Virus record (IMG/VR): IMGVR_UViG_3300042934_000724
Coordinates: 1 to 56,737 of that record
Origin: a virus
Taxonomy: Duplodnaviria; Caudoviricetes
Direction: 5' to 3' (one strand)
DNA length: 56,737 bases
Below, one piece after another: positions 37,869 through 47,441 of the stretch. Below the pieces are notes generated by a model that was not told where the DNA came from, did no database searches, and worked only from the letters and a program-made list of their open reading frames with translations. A program made the translations under genes and the position numbers. Numbering within the stretch: position 1 is the first letter of the stretch; every line of letters begins with the position of its first letter.

Positions 37869-38459
37869 ATGAGCACAATCGGAAAAAGAATCGCTGCTGC
37901 ACGAGAGGCTGTCGGGCTGAACCAGTCGGAACTCGCTCGTCTATTGGGGGTTAAGCCTCAGTCCGTCCAGGCTTGGGAGGCGGACAAAAATGTTCCCCGC
38001 CCGAAGAAACTTGAAGGAATTGCAGGCGCGCTGAAGGTTTCAATCTCCCACTTGATGGGCGAATCGGGCTCATTTAGCACTCCACACTTCACTCCTCTGA
38101 CGGGCTCCGAAATCAAAGGCGCTGCGGCCAAAAACCTGAGGATCAGCTCGTCCGGCGGAGTGGAAAAAATCCTCCGTGATGTAGTGTCCCGCGCGCTTCA
38201 AAAAGGGGAGCTCGGAGAGAGTGATGTGTCACTTCTTACAGCCATGGCAAATGTCATGATTGAAAGAAACGTTTCCTCCGGGGAAAACGTGCCACATCTT
38301 CCTGATGAATTGGATGCACTCGCAGAATCCGCGTTTAAAAATGCAGACGCTGGCGGCGATTCGGGAGATATGGTGAAGATGATCGGTCATGGCCTTAAGA
38401 AGTCAGTAGCCAAGGAAAGCGGCCCTACACATGCAAAACGCAAAACCGGAACCGATTGA
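37869..38459 (+). CDS. CI-like XRE repressor with atypical C-terminal domain
   Basis: IG.RI..AR...GLNQSELA..LGV..QSV..WE HTH; no S24 Ser/Lys motifs visible. Confidence 0.85.
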   Translation: MSTIGKRIAAAREAVGLNQSELARLLGVKPQSVQAWEADKNVPRPKKLEGIAGALKVSISHLMGESGSFSTPHFTPLTGSEIKGAAAKNLRISSSGGVEKILRDVVSRALQKGELGESDVSLLTAMANVMIERNVSSGENVPHLPDELDALAESAFKNADAGGDSGDMVKMIGHGLKKSVAKESGPTHAKRKTGTD

Positions 38460-39222
38460 CATTCCACTCGCCCTTTATCTCCAGGGCGAGGCTGTTGTTG
38501 ACCCAGACGTGAAGGGTCAGCACCCACTTTTCTACGGCACCATCAGCGGGCTGAAAGGCTACCGTAGAGACCTCCATGCATACATAAAGGTATTGCCTGC
38601 CGAGCGATTGTTCGCCGAAACCATGAGCGCGAGCATCGGGAGATATTTTGGCCTACCTATTCCCCTAACTGCTCTTGCGGTTGCCCGCGGAAAAGACGTT
38701 GGGCGAGGGCACGGTAAGTGCATCGTATTGGCGAGCGTGGACACCAATGCGGTGCCTATGAGCCGCGTGATCAATTTCGACAAGGTCTCACACTTACTCA
38801 ATAAGTGGTCACACCTGCATGCCGCCATTGTCTTCGACGAACTCCTAGCTAACACCGACAGGAATTTGCGCAACCTCCTTATCGGTGGCGATGGAGCTAT
38901 TTGGCTTATCGACCACGAGGAGGCGCTGTCAGCACCAAGCCTCCAAGCGAGCGAAAATATCCGGAACCATCTTCTGGGGATGGTCATCGGAGAGGTGTCT
39001 GAGTTTGAAAGACACCAGGCGTCCAAAAAGCTGAAAGATCGATCTGCCCCAGCATATACTGCTAACTTCAGGAAACATGCTGCGGCGAGTCAGCCGCATT
39101 ATTGCCAAGTCGACCAGGCACATGTCGACAAAGTGGTGGACTTCCTCGAGTCACGCGTAAAACATATGAGCGCTCTAATGGATGGGGCTCTCGGCTTCAA
39201 ACAGAAAACCATGGCGGTCTAA
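38431..39222 (+). CDS. HipA-like (PI3/4K-fold) kinase
   Basis: AYIK, LFAE, GLPIP, FDELLANTDRNLRNLL, WLIDH catalytic motifs. Confidence 0.85.
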   Translation: MQNAKPEPIDIPLALYLQGEAVVDPDVKGQHPLFYGTISGLKGYRRDLHAYIKVLPAERLFAETMSASIGRYFGLPIPLTALAVARGKDVGRGHGKCIVLASVDTNAVPMSRVINFDKVSHLLNKWSHLHAAIVFDELLANTDRNLRNLLIGGDGAIWLIDHEEALSAPSLQASENIRNHLLGMVIGEVSEFERHQASKKLKDRSAPAYTANFRKHAAASQPHYCQVDQAHVDKVVDFLESRVKHMSALMDGALGFKQKTMAV

Positions 39223-39225
39223 AGG

Positions 39226-40113
39226 ATGCTCCCAGATCTCTCTGAATTCCCCAGCTTTCCTGAATATGAGGCGGATTGGGCCCCTGTTTACCTGGAGCCC
39301 ATCGTTCAGTCCGGCGAGCGTCTAACTATTGCAGTGGTCGCAGCTTCTGGCGACGAGGTCAACGGCTGCCTCACTATTAGTGAGAAGGCCTTGAAATGCC
39401 TATACGGCAGCTCGGCGGTAGGCATGCAACGAATGATGGGGCTTGCGTTGTCCCGCGCCCTGGAATTTGCCGAAGGCGGCTTCGAGGGGCAGTTCTCATG
39501 CGGCATTCACGGAGTAGTCATCGGCAAGACCCGCAGGGGGTTGGGCAACAACATGACCCATATCCTCCAACAAGCATCCAGCCTTACCTCAAGCCTTTCC
39601 ACCGTTCATGCCTCGGCTCTGATGGAAGAGGACGATGAGTCAGACGATCCGGTAGCCTACGAGGCAAATCTTGGGCAGCTACGATCTGACATACAGGATC
39701 GAGTGCTGGGCATTCTCCCCCGCCTGAGGGATCGCTTTAACTTGCCTTTGCATACTCAAGCAATTCAGGGAGCGCGTGGCAGCCTGTTCTTTGCTGGCAA
39801 TCGCATGGCAGCCAGCCTGGCCAAGATAAAACCATCGAAGCAAATAAGTCGCCACGTAGACGGCGCCAAGAGCCGACTATGGGATCTGCATTTCGTTAAG
39901 CATAAGGTCGCCGACGCCCCGCAGAATAAATGCACGCTATTCATCTGGACGCCAAAGGAGCTAGACAGGTTTGATCCCTCGCTCATAGCGGAATACGAGC
40001 AAAGTCTTGAAGATCTCCAGCGCCAGAGTCTTGAAGACGGCATTGAGCCACACATTTTTTACGGCGCCGAAGAGGCAGCCGCTGCCATCATTGATTATGA
40101 GCGTGCTGCCTAG
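39226..40113 (+). CDS. Kinase partner protein (DUF3037-like N-terminus)
   Basis: YLEP...SGERLTIAVV; starts 3 bp after the kinase stop; ends RAA. Confidence 0.6.
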   Translation: MLPDLSEFPSFPEYEADWAPVYLEPIVQSGERLTIAVVAASGDEVNGCLTISEKALKCLYGSSAVGMQRMMGLALSRALEFAEGGFEGQFSCGIHGVVIGKTRRGLGNNMTHILQQASSLTSSLSTVHASALMEEDDESDDPVAYEANLGQLRSDIQDRVLGILPRLRDRFNLPLHTQAIQGARGSLFFAGNRMAASLAKIKPSKQISRHVDGAKSRLWDLHFVKHKVADAPQNKCTLFIWTPKELDRFDPSLIAEYEQSLEDLQRQSLEDGIEPHIFYGAEEAAAAIIDYERAA

Positions 40114-40157
40114 TCAGGCCTTCCCGTAACGCTCACCCCGCCATCTAAGACACCTAT

Positions 40158-40188
40158 AAGCCCCTGATTCCTAAGGGGCTACAATTTT
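40158..40188 (+). terminator. Terminator of the cI-kinase-partner operon
   Basis: AGCCCCT...AGGGGCT stem followed by ACAATTTT. Confidence 0.5.
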
Positions 40189-40201
40189 CATCGCTCATAA
40201 T

Positions 40202-40242
40202 TACAATTTAAAGTTGCGCATTACAATTTTAGGTTGTAGATT
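40202..40242 (+). promoter_or_regulatory. OL operators and pL promoter
   Basis: TACAA-N7-TTGCG (40202) and TACAA-N7-TTGTA (40222) match the OR consensus; TTGCGC-17-TAGATT. Confidence 0.75.
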
Positions 40243-40292
40243 GAACCCATCGAGTCACCCAACATGGACTCGCCAGGGCCTCAGGGCCCGCA

Positions 40293-40301
40293 GCTCTTTA
40301 G
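40293..40301 (+). promoter_or_regulatory. boxA-like (nutL-type) element
   Basis: GCTCTTTAG ~50 nt after the pL -10, similar to lambdoid boxA GCTCTTTA. Confidence 0.45.
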
Positions 40302-40574
40302 CGACGCCGTTTCACCTTGCCGGATCACCACCGGCCCAGATTCGAAGGCAGCGATGAACCGGCCTCAACGGTTCAGAGGGTTGGCAACTGACCCGGGCGT
40401 GCAGCGTAAAACGTCGAAAGTAGTTATCCAGCGGGAGAACAAGCCGAAAGGTCCGCGGCTGGAGAAACAATTTGAATTGATCTGTACCGCGCCAGTCGCG
40501 CCGAAGGATCAGCGGAGATTTTCACTGATGCACCTGGTGACGGGTGCATTGGGAAAACAACCGAGGGCACCACG

Positions 40575-40772
40575 ATGAATAAGGTCATCCACATCACCCT
40601 GCGCGGTGAGCTGCAGGTCTTCGCCGACGCCGACCTAAATGCCTGCATCCGAGAGGCGAACAGGCTCAACGCTGAGCGTGGACTCACCAGTGGCGTGCGC
40701 GTTGTTGAGTGCGAAGACGGCCATCGAATGACGGCGGCTGATTGCAAGGCTGCTGCCCGATCCTCTCTATGA
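40575..40772 (+). CDS. Early hypothetical protein (65 aa)
   Basis: GAGG SD; first clear ORF after pL. Confidence 0.6.
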   Translation: MNKVIHITLRGELQVFADADLNACIREANRLNAERGLTSGVRVVECEDGHRMTAADCKAAARSSL

Positions 40773-40775
40773 GAG

Positions 40776-40913
40776 CGCATCGGGGTGTGATTTGGAGTTT
40801 GCCTCGGCGGATCAGGGGCGCCCTGCGTGCGGGGTGATGTCGACTAGGTAGCGCTGCCGAAATCGACGTAATTCTTTTGGGTTCGAATCCCTACCAAATC
40901 ACACCCCGATGCG
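40776..40913 (+). ncRNA. Candidate structured RNA: 20-bp stem enclosing a T-arm-like motif
   Basis: Perfect IR 40776-40795 / 40894-40913; GGGTTCGAATCCC at 40879-40891. Confidence 0.45.
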
Positions 40914-41194
40914 GACGAAACTGCGGCCTATAACCGCCCACCTGCATCGAAACCAACTACCGAGGAATGCTCGGCAGTTGCCTTAAATCAGAGGAATGGC
41001 AGCCATGTAGCAGAGAGCGATTCACCTGCGCGGCGCGGCAAGCCTGAAGGCCGGCGCCCATCACTCATACAGGCAGCGGACAGTAGGCCGTCGATGTCAC
41101 CGCGCATCGGCCGAATGAGGTAGGCCACTCCCACGCACGTCGCCAATTTGATGCTAGAAACCCAGGCCGTCGCCAGTAGCGGGCCTGGGACGGA

Positions 41195-41533
41195 TTACTT
41201 GCTAGCTTTCGGCGCATAGCTCGGGCAGAAATGTTTTGCTGCCGACGGATCCCCTGCGGCCTGCACTTGAACTGCCTTGATTTCATCCTGAAATGCCGGA
41301 TTGGTATCTACTGCAAGAATCTCCTTCTTTAGATCTGCGTTTGCCGCTATGTCTGGAAGGGAAAAGATGTTCTGCAGCGAATAATTCATTCCAGGCTCTT
41401 GTTCTGCACACATACGCCCCATAGCCACCATGGTTATAGCGATATCGTGATCCTCGGTAGCCGCTTGGGTCAGCCCCAAATTACTGAGCGCGACCAAAGC
41501 AACTAGACATACGGCCTTCGAAATAACACGCAT
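41195..41533 (-). CDS. Secreted hypothetical moron
   Basis: Signal peptide (TQA-A), two mature Cys; antisense to the pL operon. Confidence 0.65.
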   Translation of the reverse strand: MRVISKAVCLVALVALSNLGLTQAATEDHDIAITMVAMGRMCAEQEPGMNYSLQNIFSLPDIAANADLKKEILAVDTNPAFQDEIKAVQVQAAGDPSAAKHFCPSYAPKASK

Positions 41534-41715
41534 GGGAATTCATCCTTAGAAGTTCTGTGCTTTATCGGCAGTGCAATCAAAAAATTCAACTCGCCATTTT
41601 GCAAATCGTTCGACACCACCCGAATGCACTCCCCTCCGCGCCCAACGGCAACCAGCGGAGCGGATGAGTGCATCCGAGTTTTGTTGAATCAAAACCCGCC
41701 ACCACGGAGGCGACC

Positions 41716-41952
41716 ATGGCAACCAGCTATGCAGACAGTGCGCAGGCCCGAGAGTGGGATCGGCGCTTTGATGAATGGGGGCGCCCCAAAGCGCTGAAGG
41801 TTGAAGACTTTCACGACTACGAAGCCGCAGCGCAAGAACACACACAGCGTCAGGCGCTGATGGCAGCCCAAGAGTTGGTCGACCGCAAGGCGCGGGCCAA
41901 GCGAGTCGCGGCAGCGGTGGTCGCCTATGGCGAATTCTGGGGGCTCAAATGA
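41716..41952 (+). CDS. Hypothetical early protein
   Basis: GGAGG SD, MATSYADS... Confidence 0.65.
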   Translation: MATSYADSAQAREWDRRFDEWGRPKALKVEDFHDYEAAAQEHTQRQALMAAQELVDRKARAKRVAAAVVAYGEFWGLK

Positions 41953-42182
41953 ACATCCAGCAGCGTGACCATCAAACGGCGGTGACCTGGATCGAGGGCG
42001 AGATCAGCAACATGATCCGCGACCTCGGCAAGCCCAACGCCAGCGCCGCCGCGACATCCTGCATCACCCTGGCCTTCATGCTTCGCGCCATTGACGACGC
42101 CGAGCACCGTCACTTCCGCGCACGCATCGACCAGATTTACGCCACCTACAACGCCTCCGCCTCGCAAGGAGCTGCAGCATGA
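41949..42182 (+). CDS. Hypothetical early protein
   Basis: ATGA-coupled, 77 aa. Confidence 0.65.
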   Translation: MNIQQRDHQTAVTWIEGEISNMIRDLGKPNASAAATSCITLAFMLRAIDDAEHRHFRARIDQIYATYNASASQGAAA

Positions 42183-42373
42183 CAACCCCTCTGGTGAAAA
42201 CGCTGGCCGATGAACAGCTCGAGGATATCGAGCGTCGCATTGCGATTCTCGGCTTCGGCCTGCCCTTCAATGAAGTGATCGGCCGCAAGCGCGAGGATCT
42301 GGTCGACAACCTCCCGCAGCGCCTGTCGGTGACCATGAAGGGCGGACGCATCGCGGTGAGGGCTCGGCCATGA
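42179..42373 (+). CDS. Hypothetical early protein
   Basis: ATGA-coupled, 64 aa. Confidence 0.65.
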   Translation: MTTPLVKTLADEQLEDIERRIAILGFGLPFNEVIGRKREDLVDNLPQRLSVTMKGGRIAVRARP

Positions 42374-42495
42374 AAACCATGTTCTGGTGTCTTGCCGCTG
42401 GCCTGCTGGTCGTTCTTGCTGCTTACAGCGCAGCACGTGAATCGTCCGGCGTGTGCCAAGTGCCCCGCACCACCACCTACAACGTGTTCCGATGA
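42370..42495 (+). CDS. 41-aa membrane peptide (not in ORF track)
   Basis: ATGA-coupled; MKTMFWCLAAGLLVVLAAY... Confidence 0.55.
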   Translation: MKTMFWCLAAGLLVVLAAYSAARESSGVCQVPRTTTYNVFR

Positions 42496-42608
42496 CGAGC
42501 CGGCAGATGGCCCGCCGGATTCTCATCTGGCGCGGCTCGTTCCCGATCCTCGCCATCTACACCTTCCTGATGCTGCTCAGCGCCCTCGCCGACCGCATCA
42601 CTCAATAA
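42492..42608 (+). CDS. 38-aa membrane peptide (not in ORF track)
   Basis: ATGA-coupled; MTSRQMARRILIWRGSFPILAIYTFLMLLSALADRITQ. Confidence 0.55.
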   Translation: MTSRQMARRILIWRGSFPILAIYTFLMLLSALADRITQ

Positions 42609-42650
42609 CAACACCACTAAAAGCTGCGCTGTGCGCGGCAAGGAACCGTC

Positions 42651-43793
42651 ATGTCCGCAAAAGCCCAACACGCACCTTTGCAGGAATCCATCGAAATGAC
42701 CTCTGTAGCGCCAAAAGTAGCTGTCACCGACATCGCCGAATATCGGCCACATGAAGAACAGATCGTCCGTCTGGAAACGACCTACGCGAACCTGGTTGTC
42801 GACTGCTCTACCAGTGAGGGCTTGGCGAATGCGAAGGAAGTTCGCGTGGATATTCGCGATGTCCGCTACGCCTTGGCCAATACCACGAAAACGGCGCTGG
42901 TTCCCTATCAGCAGGCGGTTAAAGACGCCCAGGCTCGCGTCAACCAAGTGAAGGAATTTGGTGAAGCACTGAAGGAGCGCGTGCTGGCGATCGAAGCGCC
43001 TGTAGACGAGGCAATCAAGGCCGAAGAAAAGCGCGCCGCTGACGCCAAGGCCGAACGCGAGCGTGTCGAGGCTGAACGTGTCGAGGCCATCCGGAAAAAA
43101 ATTACCCGATTCAGCTCTGTAGCAGCAGCGTACGCAAGCCGCAGTGCTGCCGATGTTGCAGCCGTAATTCAAAGCGTCAAAGAGTCGGTAATCCTGCCAG
43201 ACGAATACGCCGAGTTTGAAGCTGAAGCCACCATCGCCCGCGACAACGCTATTGATCAGCTTGAAGCGCTGCACCGGGCTGCTGTTGACCGCGAAGAGGC
43301 GGCAGCCAAGCTACTGGCCCAACAAAAAGAGCTGGACGAACTGCGTGAGAAGCAACGCATCGCCGATGCTGAAGCAGAGGAGTTGCGCAAGCAGCGCGCC
43401 GAGGAAGATCGCCTGCGCTTGAAGCAGCAGCAGGATGAACTCGACCAGCAGCGCCGCGATATGGAAGCGCAACAACGCCAGCAACGTGAGCAGCAAGAAG
43501 AACAGCAGCGCCAGCAGCGCGAACGCGATGCGCAGTATCAGCGCGACCAAGAAGAGTTGGCTCGCCTGCGCGCACTGGCTGCAGCACCCGGTGCGGTTGC
43601 AGGCGTCATCACGACACCAGCCGTTACCGACACAGCGCCAGCAGATGCAGTGGGAGTTGATCCGGTTCCAGTGGCTGACGAAGTCGCTGACTCGAACATG
43701 CCGAGCGCCAACGAAGTGGTCGAGGTCGTGGCCATGGCCTTCTGCGTCACCAATGACGAGGCATCGGCCTGGCTGCGCGCCCTGTCGTTCTAA
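42651..43793 (+). CDS. Coiled-coil protein upstream of the recombination genes
   Basis: 380 aa, E/Q/R/A-rich coiled coil. Confidence 0.75.
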   Translation: MSAKAQHAPLQESIEMTSVAPKVAVTDIAEYRPHEEQIVRLETTYANLVVDCSTSEGLANAKEVRVDIRDVRYALANTTKTALVPYQQAVKDAQARVNQVKEFGEALKERVLAIEAPVDEAIKAEEKRAADAKAERERVEAERVEAIRKKITRFSSVAAAYASRSAADVAAVIQSVKESVILPDEYAEFEAEATIARDNAIDQLEALHRAAVDREEAAAKLLAQQKELDELREKQRIADAEAEELRKQRAEEDRLRLKQQQDELDQQRRDMEAQQRQQREQQEEQQRQQRERDAQYQRDQEELARLRALAAAPGAVAGVITTPAVTDTAPADAVGVDPVPVADEVADSNMPSANEVVEVVAMAFCVTNDEASAWLRALSF

Positions 43794-43848
43794 CAAACCC
43801 TGAAATCACCCCGGAGGCCGGCCAAAGTCGTCGGCTATGGAGTTAGGA

Positions 43849-44829
43849 ATGAACGCTCAAACCCAGATTGCCACCGTACCAATGGACACAAGCCCGACGG
43901 GCCTGATCCTCAATCGCGACAGCATGCAGTCGATGACTGAACTCGCCGGCATCATGGCAGGCGGCAAAACCACCCTGCCAAAGCATTTCCACGGCAACAC
44001 TGCCGACTGCATGGCAGTGATCATGCAGTCCATGCAATGGGGCATGAATCCCTTCCAGGTGGCGCAGAAGACATTCATCGTCAACGGCGGCCAGCTCAGC
44101 TATGAAGCACAGCTCGTCAACGCGGTGATTACCACGCGAGCGCCGACCCTTGATCGAATCCATTACGAGTGGTTCGGCGACTGGGACAAGATCATTGGCA
44201 ACTTCCGCGAAATCGAAAGCAAAAAGCAAACGGATGATCACGGGCAGCCGAAGAAATACCGAGTCCCAAACTGGAATATCAACGACGAGAAGGGACTCGG
44301 CGTCCGCGTTTGGGCGACGTTCGTTGGCGAAGACGCTCCCCGCGAACTGACCACCTTGATGACTCAGGCGCGAACCCGGAACTCTACGCTATGGGCGGAC
44401 GATCCGAAGCAGCAGATCGCGTATCTGGCGCTCAAAAAATGGGCTCGTCTGTATTGCCCCGACGTGATTCTGGGCGTGTACACCCGTGACGAGCTGGACG
44501 ACGGCTACGCGCTTCCGGAAACGGATGTTACCCCACGATCTACCAACGAAAAACCAGCAGATGTGGGAGCTTCGTCGGTTCCTCAGGGCGACACCACTGA
44601 CGCAACAAGTGACCTATTCGAGCAGCTGAAAAAGATCGCTCAAGAACAAGGAATTGATGGCTACGAAAAGGCCTGGAAGGCGTTGAAGCCGCAGCAGCGC
44701 GGCGCTATTGGCGTGACACGTCACGGTGAGCTGAAGTCGATTGCACAGACAATTGAGGCAGAGTTCACAACCCTCAATGAAAGCTCAAACGGCAGTGCGA
44801 ACGACGATGTGCAAGGCGGCGAGCAATGA
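43849..44829 (+). CDS. RecT-family single-strand annealing protein
   Basis: ADC.A..MQ..QWGMNPF.VAQKT, YEAQLVNAVI, W..DP.QQ..YLA.K.WAR.Y.PDV.LGVY..DE. Confidence 0.88.
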   Translation: MNAQTQIATVPMDTSPTGLILNRDSMQSMTELAGIMAGGKTTLPKHFHGNTADCMAVIMQSMQWGMNPFQVAQKTFIVNGGQLSYEAQLVNAVITTRAPTLDRIHYEWFGDWDKIIGNFREIESKKQTDDHGQPKKYRVPNWNINDEKGLGVRVWATFVGEDAPRELTTLMTQARTRNSTLWADDPKQQIAYLALKKWARLYCPDVILGVYTRDELDDGYALPETDVTPRSTNEKPADVGASSVPQGDTTDATSDLFEQLKKIAQEQGIDGYEKAWKALKPQQRGAIGVTRHGELKSIAQTIEAEFTTLNESSNGSANDDVQGGEQ

Positions 44830-45494
44830 ACGCCTCAGTAGACCTTCAACGCACCGAGCAGTGGCATCAGGACCGCAGCGGGCGCCTAACGGCAAGCAGG
44901 TTCAAGGATGTGATTGCTTGGGGTGATCGCGACAAGCACGGGAAGCGCAAGCCGCTCGCGGCTCGCACCACTTACATGCGCGAACTAGCTTTTGAACGTC
45001 TGGCGAACAGATCGAAACATTCGGTCAGCAGCAAGTCGATGGCTTGGGGGACTGAGGTTGAGCAGTCGAGTCACGACTTTTACGAAATCCTGACCGGCAA
45101 TACCGTCATCAAGTCGGGCTTCTTGGTTCATCCAAAATACGACTGGTTGGGCTGTTCGCCGGACGGCTTGATTGGCGAGGACGGCGGCATTGAGTCGAAG
45201 TGTCCATTCAATGAAGCCGTCCACGTCCGTACCTGGCTCGAAGGAATGCCCGACGAACACAAGCCGCAGGTTCAGGGCTGCATGTTCGTCACGGGCCGGG
45301 AATGGTGGGATTTCTTGTCGTTCGATCCGCGCCAAGACGAAGACTGCCGGCTGTACATCGAGACCATCAAGCGCGATGACGAGTACATCGCGATGCTTCA
45401 TCAAGAGCTGGTCCAGTTCAATTTGGAGCTTGGCCGGATGGTTGACGAAGTAGCGGACAGAGCGCGGGCGCAAGCCCATCGATTAGGAGCCTGA
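44826..45494 (+). CDS. YqaJ/lambda-exonuclease family protein
   Basis: W...R.G.LTAS, WG...E, CSPDGL, E.KCP, QVQG.M. Confidence 0.9.
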   Translation: MNASVDLQRTEQWHQDRSGRLTASRFKDVIAWGDRDKHGKRKPLAARTTYMRELAFERLANRSKHSVSSKSMAWGTEVEQSSHDFYEILTGNTVIKSGFLVHPKYDWLGCSPDGLIGEDGGIESKCPFNEAVHVRTWLEGMPDEHKPQVQGCMFVTGREWWDFLSFDPRQDEDCRLYIETIKRDDEYIAMLHQELVQFNLELGRMVDEVADRARAQAHRLGA

Positions 45495-45496
45495 GC

Positions 45497-45739
45497 ATGA
45501 TCAGCAACCACCTCAACCTCGTAGAGCAGCACCGACCGGATGCCGAGTCGATCGCTGAGCGAATCGCGCAGTACCTGGCCGCCGGCGGACGGATCGACCA
45601 ACTGAAAAGCCCGCCGCGCAATCCGCTGCCACCGCCCCGCTCGAAGAAAATAGACCCTGAAACGGTCCTAAAGCGTCGGCCGAAACCGATATCGGCGGCT
45701 GACCGCAAGGCTCTGCGCAAAATGGCGGACTCGCTATGA
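45497..45739 (+). CDS. Hypothetical protein
   Basis: AGGAG SD; YLAAGG.I motif. Confidence 0.65.
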   Translation: MISNHLNLVEQHRPDAESIAERIAQYLAAGGRIDQLKSPPRNPLPPPRSKKIDPETVLKRRPKPISAADRKALRKMADSL

Positions 45740-46200
45740 AGTCGAAACGCAAACCCAACAACGGTTTGGCCCGGGCAGAACGCAGCTGCCGGGCGCTGCT
45801 GCGCACCAACCACGTCGCAGTGGTGAACATCGACCCCAGCGGCAGCCAGATCATGGCGAACTGGAAGAGCTGCAAGCAGATCCGCAGTCTGGCGATCGCC
45901 AACGCGATATTCGATTTCTCCTACCGCTGGACGATCTACATCGCCGCCATGTGTCGAGACGAGCGCGGCGCCGAGTACATCAAGTCGGTGGAGATCTCGC
46001 CCGAGGGCATCTACAAGGTCGAGCGCTTGACCGATGCGATCGAGCATTACTACCTGGAGCTGCGCAACAGCGCGAACCCGAACCATCTGGTTGCGTCAGG
46101 CTGGATCGCCATCCCCGACGAGATATCGATGGACGAAGCCCAAGCAGCGAAGCTGTTCTACGCCGCCGGCGCCTGGCATCAGGTGAAGGTCGCAGCGTGA
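45736..46200 (+). CDS. Hypothetical protein
   Basis: ATGA-coupled, 154 aa. Confidence 0.7.
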   Translation: MKSKRKPNNGLARAERSCRALLRTNHVAVVNIDPSGSQIMANWKSCKQIRSLAIANAIFDFSYRWTIYIAAMCRDERGAEYIKSVEISPEGIYKVERLTDAIEHYYLELRNSANPNHLVASGWIAIPDEISMDEAQAAKLFYAAGAWHQVKVAA

Positions 46201-46276
46201 GACGTTTTTGCACCCAACAACGCAAACGACAGATCTGGCTGGAAATGCCGGCCAGCGGAATAGTAGAAATAGGCCA

Positions 46277-46560
46277 TGCCAAAACTGGCAGCAACGGTCG
46301 GCGGACACCGCGCTGAAGCGGATCGAATCCGATGAGGGAGAACTGCATTACCGAGTCAGGCTAGGCACCCGGCAGAAAATTGACGACCTAATAGCTTCGA
46401 CGCGAACAAGGTCACCCAGAACATGATCCAGAATGCTGCCGTGTTCGGTCCACGGCTGTGTAACACGCCATTGGCAGTCCGCGCCGCAATGTGCAGATAA
46501 GCGAAACGTGGCGCGGATGTTTCGGAATCAGAGCCTAGCCGAGTTTAGCCATCAAGCTTC
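46277..46560 (+). pseudogene. Frameshifted remnant, probably paralogous to 47550-47942
   Basis: Fragments QRSADTALKRIE..ELHYRVRLGTRQ and NVARMFRNQSLAEF in different frames, with stops. Confidence 0.45.
46478..46517. repeat. 40-bp palindromic element, copy 3 (degenerate)
   Basis: TCCGCGCCGC-N20-GTGGCGCGGA. Confidence 0.5.
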
Positions 46561-46580
46561 GATCAAAAAAAGATTACAGC

Positions 46581-47441
46581 CTAGGATCTGAGCCTTTTTT
46601 TGTAGTTCTTGCAAAAATAGTCATGAACAAAACCAGAAACAAAACTTTCCCGCTTTATAGAAAACGCGAGCATGTACTTTCTAAGCTTGCGACGCACAAA
46701 TGGAAATGACACAAAAATGCAACTAAGCAAATAAATTGTCTCATGCGGCTCGAGGATCTCAAACATAATTCGCATATAGTATTTTTTGCGAGAAAGAGGC
46801 TGATCTGACTCATCTATGAAATTGCAAAGCCTAACAGCACCAATACAAAATCTTTTTTCTACATCCGTTTTTACGCTTTCATCAACGATTTCGACAACCT
46901 TCTTGTAGCGGTCGCGAATATGAAGAGCATCCAAAATATCTCTATCTTTACGAAGCGCTAGAGACAATTTAGCCACGGAGCCGTCTTCAGCTGGCTTCTT
47001 TGCTCTAACGCCTTTTTCAAGTAATGTTTCAAACTTCTGAAGCATTGAATAAAATCCTGACTCGAAGCGCTCATGCTCCAAAAGCTGTTGCTGCTTTAGG
47101 AGAATTTCTGCTGTCTTTCTCGCCTCTTCAGTTTGGATAAGATTGGAGCGCAACAATACCAAAAGCGCGATAAAGCTTAAAACCGGATTAGTCAGCCCTC
47201 CGATAAAATCGCCAACCTGTCCCATGTTGTTTTTTATTTCAAAACCCACATCAACAAAAATATAAAAAAGGAACACCACAATTAAACCAAAGGTTAGAGC
47301 ACACACACCAATGAGAAATGGATTGAACGGCTGCAACTCCTTGGCCGATTTACCGCCGCGTGACAAATTATAGTAATAAAAGGCGACCCCACTCATTAAC
47401 AGAAAAGCAACAATTAATCCTATCAGTGCTAATTCGAACAT
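46581..47441 (-). CDS. AT-rich membrane protein, putative abortive-infection family
   Basis: TMs followed by GQVGDFIGGLTNPVLSF...Q...FESGFYSML. Confidence 0.65.
   Translation of the reverse strand: MFELALIGLIVAFLLMSGVAFYYYNLSRGGKSAKELQPFNPFLIGVCALTFGLIVVFLFYIFVDVGFEIKNNMGQVGDFIGGLTNPVLSFIALLVLLRSNLIQTEEARKTAEILLKQQQLLEHERFESGFYSMLQKFETLLEKGVRAKKPAEDGSVAKLSLALRKDRDILDALHIRDRYKKVVEIVDESVKTDVEKRFCIGAVRLCNFIDESDQPLSRKKYYMRIMFEILEPHETIYLLSCIFVSFPFVRRKLRKYMLAFSIKRESFVSGFVHDYFCKNYKKRLRS

Noticed and set aside
40264-41180. Rsm-sponge sRNA suggested by scattered GGA motifs in the pL leader
   Set aside because: GGA motifs are not consistently in hairpin loops and do not look clearly enriched
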